Assembly: GCA_044892525.1 (NCBI GenBank)
Contig: CM097885.1
Coordinates: 36,828,001 to 36,892,000, forward strand
Direction: 5' to 3'
DNA: 64,000 bases
DNA from: Schmidtea polychroa
Lineage: Eukaryota
Below the pieces are notes generated by a model. That model was not told the DNA's origin. It did no database searches and saw nothing but the letters and a program-made list of their open reading frames with translations. Shown here one piece after another: positions 28,320-38,030 of this stretch (within the stretch, counting starts at the first letter, position 1; the number at the start of each line of letters is the position of its first letter). A program made the position numbers and the translations under genes.

Positions 28320-29645
28320 TTTTTTTTTATTTCAAAAAAAATAAATTTTTTTAAACAAAATCCATTTATTTACCTTATTCTCCTTTTGCAACCAGAAATG
28401 TTGGTAGCCGCTTTTAAATTTAAATTTATAGTTAATTCCTTCAATTCTTATAAATGTGGAGATTCTTCTGTGTCTGCACTTGAAAAAGGATCCAAAATCC
28501 AATCAGGTATGTTCATTTTCAAAATATCATCAAATCGTTGATTAATATCTTAATGAAGAGCATCCAAATGCTCACAATAAGAAAGTATGTCTTCATCGGT
28601 TTTTTCCACTCCTGATAAATTTGGGAACTGGTTAAATTCCTCTCTTCCAAAATTTTGTTTGTACAAAAGAAGTTTTGTCACAAATGCAGAAATAACAGAC
28701 TGTTTTTATTAAATTCAATCCATCATCTTGAAGTTGAAGATTGCTTTCATTAAATTTTTGAAACAAGCCGGTCAAGTAAGCGATGTCATTCTTGGATTGA
28801 ATTAAATTAGATCGTAAAACATCATTTTTATCTTTTAAAATTCCAGCATCCACTTAAACAGCTTCTAAAACCTATCTAAACAATCACCCTTTGACAGCCA
28901 ACAAACTTCTGTAAGAAGTAACAAATGATTAAATTCTTCATCGTTTTCAATACAAAGTGGTTTTGATAATCTGTCATTTAATCATCTGCTTTTGATTGCG
29001 TTGATAGCTTTAATCACATATTGTAATGAAGTATGTAGGTGACCACATAATTTTTGGCAACTAGATGTTGTCGATGGATAATACAGTGTACTGTAAATGC
29101 ATTCGGCACTTCTTTTTTTAAATATGCAAGAAAACCCCTGTAACGCTCCATCATCGCAGGAGCACCATCTGTTGCTACTGATAATATATTACTCAGCGGT
29201 ATCTCTTTTTCTTTAAAAAACTCATCCAATGCATAACATATTGATTCGCCTTTAGTATCAGTTTGCAAATAATAATTCCTGGCAAATTTGTTCTTCTTTT
29301 GCGAATCACACATATGCTAAAAGTAAAGCTTCATTTCCTGGCAGTTGAATAGAAAACCGAGATATTTTTAAAAAGCCACACAATGAATCTTCAACATCTT
29401 GAGCCATTTCATCAATTCTTCTTTGCACTGTATAATTGCTCAACGAAATTTTGATTATATCAGCTGCTGATTTGTTTAGCACAGTACGTATTACTTCATT
29501 TATAGCCGGTATAGTATGCGGTTTTCCCGATTTAGCAATCATTAACGAAATATTTTAAGTACCAAATAAGCCATCATCATTTTGTGTGGTTCCGGTTGAA
29601 AAGAGTTTTGACAATGTAGGTTGTTTAATAAAGTTTTCTCATAGT
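28320..29645 (-). pseudogene. Buster/ZBED5-like hAT transposase, central and C-terminal part
   Basis: IAKSGKPHTI, LSNYTVQRRIDEMA, VATDGAPAM, HCIIHRQHLVAK and DIAYLTGLF; many disruptions; 3' end lost. Confidence 0.85.
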
Positions 29646-30239
29646 TGTTGGGTTAGAACTGATATCTAGACCCTAGAGCTCGTAAAGGTGACAAAATATG
29701 GTTTAGTCAAAATTAAAAGATAAATCATTAAATAAACAGTAATAATTAGGAGAAATAACAGGAAATAAAAACATTGAAATTAAAAATAAAATCTAACAAA
29801 TACAAGAAGTATTACAGAAAAATTGACTCAAACATAACAGAGAAACATAGAAATACAAAAAAAACTCGAATGAAATCGAAAGATAGTAAAATACTAAATT
29901 CTAGACAAAAATCCAGAAAAATCCATAAAATGGCGACATCCATCATAAAAGCCATGCAAATCAATAAAAGTTAATGAAAATAAATAAATCACGTTTAAAA
30001 ATAAAAAATTTGAAAAAAGAATTTTTCTAATGATCAACTTAGGAGTGATAAAACGGTTCGACATACGTATCGGTAGGGTTGAAAAGATCTCTAAATTAGT
30101 CATACAAAACTCTAAATTGTAAATTGATATCATTCTCAAGAATATAAATCACAATCTTATAGTAACTATAAATTTAAGCTAATTATAAAGAATTAATTTA
30201 TGATCTTGATTTCTTAAAAATGTAAAGTATAGCTAATGT

Positions 30240-31430
30240 ATAGTAAAAGTATCAGGTATAAATAATAAACTTCATTTCTTAAAATATATAAATCATAAGC
30301 TATAAACTCGACTTCGTAAGAAATACAATTAAAAGTGTAAAGTAGAAATTATAAATTCTATTTCTTAAAAATATAAAATATAAATTACGAACTCGATCTT
30401 ATACAAGTATAAATTATAATTGATTATAAAAGTGTAAAGTATAAATTATAATCTTGATGTTCATAAAAATATGAAGCATAAGTATAAAATATATATTTAG
30501 TTCCATAAAAATATAAATTATAAAGTATAAACTTATGTTCTACCTAAAAATATAATCTAAATTCATATTATTCCTAAATTATAAAGTATAAATTTACATT
30601 ATACCAAAAATATAACTTATAAATATATATGACTCCTAAATTATAAAGTATCAATCTATTTATATCAAAAAATAACTTACAAATTCATCTTATTTCTAAA
30701 TTATAAAATATAAATTTATATTATAATCAAAAATCTAACTCATGAATCTATATTATTACTAAATTATAAATTATAAGCTTAGATTGTACTTAAAAATGTA
30801 ACTCATGCACCTACATCATGCCGAAAATTATACTATTCCTAAATCATAACTTGAAAACCTATTGTACATTTGAATATTTAAATTACAAAACCATAATCTT
30901 CCTAAATGATAACCTATAAACTCGATATTATAGAAATGTAAATTATAATTAATAAACTTTAAATCTCCTTTCATAAAATGTAAATTATAAATTGTAATCT
31001 CGATATTCATAAAAATATAAATTATAAATAAATATAAAATTATAAAGTATAAATTCAGTTTCATCAGAGTATAAATTATAAAGTATATTGAATTCATATT
31101 ATGCCAAATTTACAGTTTATAAATCGTATAAATGATGAAAATTTTGTAAATGACCCCCCCCCACTAAAATTATATAGACACTAACCATCATCTAAATAAC
31201 CTAAATTAACCTATTATAATATATATTAAGCTTACATCTTATATAAAAATATATATTGAAAATTTTGTAAATGACCCCCTAAAATCGTGCAACCACTAAT
31301 CATCATCTAAATACCCTAAAGTAGTTTATTACAAAATATATTAGGTTTACATTATATATGAAACGTAAATTGTAATTTTTGTAAATGACCCCCCTCAAAA
31401 TCACATAGTCATCTACCTATCTTAGAGTAG
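30240..31430. repeat. Degenerate AT-rich tandem repeats in the 5' part of unit A
   Basis: TAAATTATAAAGTATAAA-like units, and three ~120-bp units each containing TTTTGTAAATGACCCCC (near 31141, 31262, 31378). Confidence 0.7.
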
Positions 31431-32228
31431 CCTAGTACAATATACATTAAAATTATATTATATATCAAGACATAAATTATAAAGTTTTATTGAATACCCC
31501 CCCCCCCCCCCCCCACCAGGAGGCAGGGCGATCGACTGCCACATTAAAGATCATTCAGAAACCATATATATACCGTATATATTTTTAACCTACAAGTTAT
31601 AATTTAAATTATTTTTTTTGGGTCATATGACAGTTGGGTGGGGCGACGCTGCAACTCGAGCGGTATATGTAGGTAACATTTTTCTCTAACCATAATATTG
31701 AATTAAGAATTTCCTTTAATAATAAAGTTTTGGGCTAAATTTCGGAGTGGAGAAAACTGGAGCGAATAGAAAAAGTAAACCTCGAAAAATAAATGAAATA
31801 AGACAGAAATATAAATTACCATCAAATCTCACTAGTAAATAGGAAGGAACAATAAAATACCAATAAAAGAATAAGAATAAGTAACCAAACTAAATAAAAC
31901 CCAATAAACCCCTTAAGATTTAGAAATAAAACGATTTAAGACACACAGCGGATAAAATAGAAATAGAATAAGCAAAAAAGTGAAACAAATAAACGGGAAA
32001 TTAAAGAAATAAATAAAAAATAAAACCATTTTTAAGTCAAATTAAAACAAAAAAATGATATTACAATAAAATAGCAATAAGTCCGCAGGAAAAATAGGAG
32101 AAAAATAATAAAAATAAGAAAAATAAATAAAATAATAATAAGAAATAAGTCAAGTCATTAAAATTTAATATATGATAATAAAAACATAAAAATAAGAATA
32201 AATAGTAAAATTACAAGCAAGTCGCGTC

Positions 32229-32253
32229 CTGATTGGACGAAAAATACTATATA
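32229..32253 (+). promoter_or_regulatory. LTR promoter CCAAT+TATA (unit B)
   Basis: CTGATTGG, 11 nt, TATATA. Candidate splice donor AG|GTATGT at 32454. Confidence 0.75.
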
Positions 32254-32538
32254 TGTAACGTGAAAAAGTAGAAAACTACCACTTTAATTTTCACGATTAC
32301 AGATATTCCACAGATTACAGAACCATAATCACAGACACCAATTCAGAGACTCCAGAACTTAAATTCAAGAAAACTTACTTAGCGACTAGCGACCAATTTA
32401 TTCGAGACCAGTTTTAAATTTAATTCAATTTGTTCCAGTTGTCGAAGCTCTAGGTATGTTGATCTATTTATGTTTGTTAGTTCAATTTCTTCGATGGTAA
32501 AAATTAAAAATAAAACTCATTTCATATAATAAATTTAT

Positions 32539-33702
32539 TTAAATAAAAATAGCCTTTTTCTTCATGGTGCCGGCGACTGTACCATCTGGGAGCTCCAAGT
32601 ATGATGTGGACGAATCGGAGATATGTCGCGGTGGAGAACATAATCACGAGGAAAATTTTCATCATATGTATCCGGAAGATGTTGAAAAGAAAATATGATG
32701 CTTGAGAAAATGGTATTTGTCGTATGAGAGGTTTGCCAAGAGCATGACAAAATTGCGATTGTATAGAATAAATGACATCATACTTGGTGTCCAAATGATA
32801 GGGTCGCCGGGTGAGATTTTATTATTCATTTGATCATTTTTATTATTTGATTATCATAAATTGTGCACGAATGGTTGATTTGCGAAGAATGAGTCGAACG
32901 GTCCCTCATGACGGTGCAAGAACGGCGGCAGAGATGAATGCATTCTTGGGTGGGTCATGAGGGGTGAGGAGACTCCGTAGGTTGAATCTAGTTAGAAGTG
33001 GAATTTCTCACACCGAGCGCGATCACTCATGGAGTATCTTCGTTTTATGCAGCCACGCCGATGTTTCGAGAATAGAGAAAATAATGCAAATTCCTAAAGT
33101 CGGAGACATTTTCGGGTTGAGATCCATAGTTCTTCACCGTCAGTAGCTTGCTTTCCGTCGAATACCGATAATTGTCCTAGTTGGGGTGGGCGATGAATGG
33201 TTCGAGTTTTTTCCAGAAATAGATTTCATACCAGAGTATCAACGCCACACAGTCGTAGCGGATCTATAGTTGAGATTAAAATTTTCCTCTATGTCATGGA
33301 CGAATCGTCGGACATCGTTTCAGTGAGGCGTTTCCTTCGAAAAATCACCGAGAATTTCTGCTAGACATTTTGGAATTAAATCCTGAGATGTACATTGCCA
33401 GGGATTAGCTAGTAAACCCATTCGTTGACCGAATTTGACTCTAGTTTGACATGAGTATCCGATAAAGCTTGATTTGATATCGATAACGGCGCGCCTAAAA
33501 TAGGAAAAGATACATTTGTTCTTGGTAAGGAAAGGAATTACTTGTTGGGAGTCCGGACGGAGCTGTCAATGGCGATAGGAAGCTCTTCCGCCTGTTTCGT
33601 AGTCAGGTATACTTTCGACCTGGAGGATTGGCCCAATATTCTGATAAAGACATCTAATGTATCGATTGAGGGAGGAGGCCGTCGAGAAAATGAGTTGACC
33701 AT
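32539..33702 (-). pseudogene. Antisense intron-containing accessory gene of unit B, decayed
   Basis: ATG at 33702. A 47-nt GT..AG intron (33541-33495) restores the frame when removed (…RTPN|KRAVIDIKSSFIG…). The gene ends LPDGTVAGTMKKKAIFI* with AATAAA overlapping the stop. Confidence 0.7.
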
Positions 33703-34093
33703 TTTTATCATGAGTTAACATAATGAGCAAATCTGAATGATAAGATTAATTCTACTCTACTGTTGGGCTGAATCGAAAATTTAATCGTTGAAAAATAAGA
33801 AAGTAGGAAAGTAGAACATTAAGGAAAATAAAAATAAAATAAATGAGATCAGAGATAAAATAGAATAAGATATAAGGAAAATAATAATTAAAACATAAGA
33901 ATTAAAACAAAAAATAAAATTAAGTAAAGATTAAAATAGAACAAGTTGACAAATAAATAAGGAGGAATTCAAGAAATAATAAGGAAATTAAGGAAATAAA
34001 TAGAAAAACATATTAAAAATAAAGAAAATAAGGAAAAACAACCTAAAAACAAGAAAATTATATTAAATTAATAGAAATAAGCGGTACTCAACT

Positions 34094-34130
34094 CTGATTG
34101 GCCCGCACAAATAAGAATTTGCTATATATA
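34094..34130 (+). promoter_or_regulatory. LTR promoter CCAAT+TATA (unit C)
   Basis: CTGATTGG, 21 nt, TATATATA. Candidate donor GTAAGG at 34415 and acceptor TTTTACAG at 36385. Confidence 0.75.
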
Positions 34131-34639
34131 CAACCACCAAAATCATTAAATTTACTGTTAACCCCGAGGATTTTATAGGTAAGAGAGAATGTTTAAACTG
34201 TCTACTGTTAACCCCGAGCATTTTATAGACATCCACAACTTACGGAGACACATTCAAGAATCAGAGACACTAACCGAGCAACAGTTCATTCAGAGAATTC
34301 ATAGCTACTTACAATCAATTCGAAGTTAAGAGATTTGTCACAGCAATCGATATTCCATCAACAAACTCATTCAGAGCGACTCACATTAATTTTTCGATCC
34401 AGCCTAATTCGAAAGTAAGGGATTTTATTTCATTCATTTATTTAAATTCGAAGTTAACAGTATTATGTATCTTTAATGAATAATTAAAAATTTTGAAAAA
34501 TGACATTGACTCTCTTTTCATTTGATCCCAATTAATGATTTCGATAAAATAAATAATTTAAAGGTCTAAAAGTAGTTATTAGTAATAAATGAGCGATTGC
34601 ACGATCTTTATGATTACTGTTATGAAATACCTTTTTATG

Positions 34640-35700
34640 ATTTTTAAAGTAACGAGTAACGTGGAGTTGAGGAACCGCGGATCATGGTGTGAGGTGCCTT
34701 CGGGAGCTTAGCCGGTGGATCTGAGGTTCTTCAATCACGCAGCTAGATTGGGCCGAAATGTGAAGGCTTCTTCACGGGCCCAATCGCTGAAGGATTGACT
34801 CAAAATTAGACAGAATGAGGAAAAACGATTTAGATTTGTGACATGAATTTAGAACGAATACCGAAATGTACAGTGATTGAGGTGGACATTACATCTGCAG
34901 TGAGTTTATTTCCATCCTGAGGAACCATGCGATCCTGAGACTAACTCTTCGCTAGCATCGTCGTAATCAGTCCAATTTGACTCTAACATCGTACTAAATT
35001 CCACACTTATGTTCGGTTAATTAAAAATTAGGACGAATTCTATATTCCTTCATTTTTCAGTTAAAAATAAATAAAGCTCTAATGTATAAATAACATTTAT
35101 TAAAATTAAAGTAAAAACACAACTCCTGATAATCATTTTATTTAACTTATACTTACTAGTAAACTAGAAATACCCGTTCAGCAGTTTCCACCCCATCACA
35201 TCAGGATGTCTATCATCGAAATAATATCCACATAGAGTAGGGAGTTGAATTGTAGAACTTTTTCATCAAGTAATATCTAGAATTGAGGAAAATCTCCAAA
35301 CATAGTAAATAATTCCAAAAAAATTCCAAACGAGAGAATTGTCATGAAAATTGAACGGTTGAGAATTTGTCCATATGATGTGCGAGTACAGATAAATTTT
35401 CCATTGAGTAGGCACACTAGCATGACTATGGGTAGCAACACCAGCGTTAGAATTACCTGAGAAATACACACGAGGATAGATGATAATCACGCAGTGAGTG
35501 CATGGCTAATCATGGTAATCCGTGTTCCATATGTCGTATCTAGCATAGATTCTAGCATTACGACTGATAACGACGGGATATTGAGTACTCGTCATAGTAG
35601 CTCCATGAATAGCAGATGATGGCTCTCGTAGATTTTTGTGTTGAAATGCGGTCAACGAAAGATAACTACATGCAGTAACTTTTCACAAACCACTCATCTG
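34640..35700 (-). pseudogene. Antisense accessory gene region of unit C
   Basis: Higher-GC coding-like pieces (ORFs 35266-35490, 35277-35471), an LPEGT-like motif near 34710, and QWK..WR similarity to the unit G plus strand. Exon structure unresolved. Confidence 0.45.
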
Positions 35701-36395
35701 GAAAATTTTCGAATGAATTAAATTTAACTGATAATAGAATGACTAAATGGATAATTATAGACAATTATAATTCGAATTAAATAATTTAAAGGATAACCGA
35801 ATGACCAAATGCGTAATTGTAGACCAGTATGAGTTAAACTAAATAATTTAAACGGTAACGGGTATTGTTAAATTAAGTGGGGATAATTGGGACCTGCTAA
35901 CTAATGATGGAAAACTAAAGCCAAGCGTTAATAATAGAGTCGGAAATTGTAAATTCGAGTGTTCTAACGAACAACGAATAGTAATTTTGAATAATAGGTA
36001 AATTAATTCGAGTTCGTGAATAATAACATTTTGAATAACCATGGTAAATATTTTAAATGATAATTAAGAGTGTTTTAAAAGCTACTCAAATGTACATTTT
36101 AATAATCAGATATGTTCATAGACCAACAATCATAGGGCAATTTAGTAATTAATAAACCTTCTCAATTTCTAAGTTAAAGATTTATTTGCATTCGTCAATG
36201 CTATCCCTTTAATGAACTATTCGTTAAATAAAAGCGATGTTACAAAATCGTCTAGAAGGGAAATCCATTCCCCTACTTATTCCGAATACCCGCTAACTGC
36301 TGACAGTGACTACCCAACCTCATTCGACCTGCGATCTTATTCATATAAAAGATTTACTAAGTCGTTATAGTTCCTTATTTTACAGTTGATCAATT

Positions 36396-37145
36396 ATGGT
36401 GCCAACTAAGAAATCCACCTTACGTCCTTGCTTCTCTTGCGCGGACAAAAACGCGATTATAAAGGATCTTCAGGCCCAGATCGGGCGCTACAAAAAGAAG
36501 ATAGATGAGCTGGAGGGCACTTGGTTTACCCCCGCTCAGATGAAGAAGACTCAAAAGAAGCTTCATCGTAGTGAGCATTGTCGGGACGCGCTCATCTCTG
36601 AAAGCCGTGCCCAGAGAAGCCTTATTAAAGAACAGTCAGAAGCGCTGCACAAAGTCTACGTGCAAGCAGCTACTACACAAAAAATCGTACAGATTCCCAT
36701 CAAAGAGGCCGATAACATCTTCCCGCCTCATCATAACCCCTCATCAAATCCACCTCCACCGTTCAAGAGACCCTGTCGAGACTGCGTGGAGACCGAACTG
36801 TCACCTATGCGACCGGACGTTGTCATCACAGGTACTAGTAAGACCTCAACTGCTAGTATCTCTGTATCCGCTGCGCTTCAGCAAGTCGCATCTGCAAGCA
36901 AACCCAAGCGCAAACAATTATCTCGTGCGGAACGTAAGAAGAGACAGCGTGAGCGCGCATCCACAAAGCCGAACATCCCATCGATAGAAAATTCAACCAG
37001 TGGTAGTAGTTCGCGCGTGTCCATCGACTTGACAGTAGGACCCCCAGCGCGCATCATCTCAGCAGCTGGCGTGACGTGGGAGGAAAACGCCTCCGAATTC
37101 TTTAATCTGGATGAGTTACTCGCCGACACCGAATGGGGAAAGTAA
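36396..37145 (+). CDS. LTR-encoded accessory protein, intact 249 aa
   Basis: PCFSCADKN, coiled-coil-like heptads, EGTWFTP, Pro-rich linker, KPKRKQLSRAERKKRQRER and acidic FNLDELLAD tail. Five homologues in the window; preceded by a splice acceptor. Confidence 0.85.
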   Translation: MVPTKKSTLRPCFSCADKNAIIKDLQAQIGRYKKKIDELEGTWFTPAQMKKTQKKLHRSEHCRDALISESRAQRSLIKEQSEALHKVYVQAATTQKIVQIPIKEADNIFPPHHNPSSNPPPPFKRPCRDCVETELSPMRPDVVITGTSKTSTASISVSAALQQVASASKPKRKQLSRAERKKRQRERASTKPNIPSIENSTSGSSSRVSIDLTVGPPARIISAAGVTWEENASEFFNLDELLADTEWGK

Positions 37146-37415
37146 GAGAACCACAGTGGCATTCCCGAAGCCTGTTGCGAAGTCGGACTACATTTGTTGG
37201 GGTGTTTTTTCTTTTCCTTCGACAAACATTCGTTATGTGTACAGTTGAATCCTCGTGTCTAAATGTTGTAATTAATAAATTTTGTTGTTTCATATATTTT
37301 CGTTTATGAATAGCCAGACTTTGATTAAATAGGTTAAATAAAGCGTCTTCGAGAGCTAAGGAATAATCCACGATTTGTTTTCGCGAAATTCCGACAAACG
37401 GTGGTGTAATGAGAT

Positions 37416-37561
37416 GGACGTAAGCCCTTCTATCGGCAGTCGTGAATGGGAAGTCGAGGCCTCAGCAAGGAGTATTTTTAAGGCAGAAGCTCACCTGCTT
37501 GCTGGAGTCTCGCCTGCATAGTGCAGTACCAACGTGAAGTAATTCACGGGCACTATGTTGG
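37416..37561 (+). ncRNA. Conserved structured RNA motif, copy C
   Basis: Outer stem GAGGC.TCAGCAAG/CTTGCTGG.GTCTC; inner TTTT-AAGGCA-GAAG; CATAGTGC-AGTACCAA-CGTG..CACG-G-GCACTATG. Confidence 0.8.
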
Positions 37562-38030
37562 AGGAAAGTTATGTGGGGTTTCACTCCAGGTTGACAAGGC
37601 AGTAGCACATTTTATTCGAGATGGACAATCCACCCGTAGACCAGCCAATATTGTAGAGTAGTCAGCCGAGGTGTAACCCCAACACTACTATACCCACGAG
37701 TAACCTACACAATCAAGTTTCTTGAGTTTTCGAACACACCAACTGAATTTTCTGTCTTAACTGGAACCGTATCTGCAACGCTATATCTATTAATTACTGC
37801 CCACACATACACACCTGCATCACACTCAAATTAGATCACAGTGAACATGTGGACATCAGTATTACTTAATCATAGTGAGAGAGTCGTAAAGCTGCATCTA
37901 CGAGTGGTCCACTAGATTTCTTCAACGAAAAATCACAGCACGATGAGAACAATTTTTGTTGTATGCAAGTTGCTAATTAAATATTCAGACATGCATTGCA
38001 AAGGAACCGTCGATATTTGTTGGTATAGAT

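Larger units (their letters stand above)
33761..37684 (+). mobile_element. Solo-LTR-like unit C, 3924 bp, uninterrupted
   Basis: TGTTGGG...CCCCAACA, TSD CTAC (33757-33760, 37685-37688). Confidence 0.95.
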
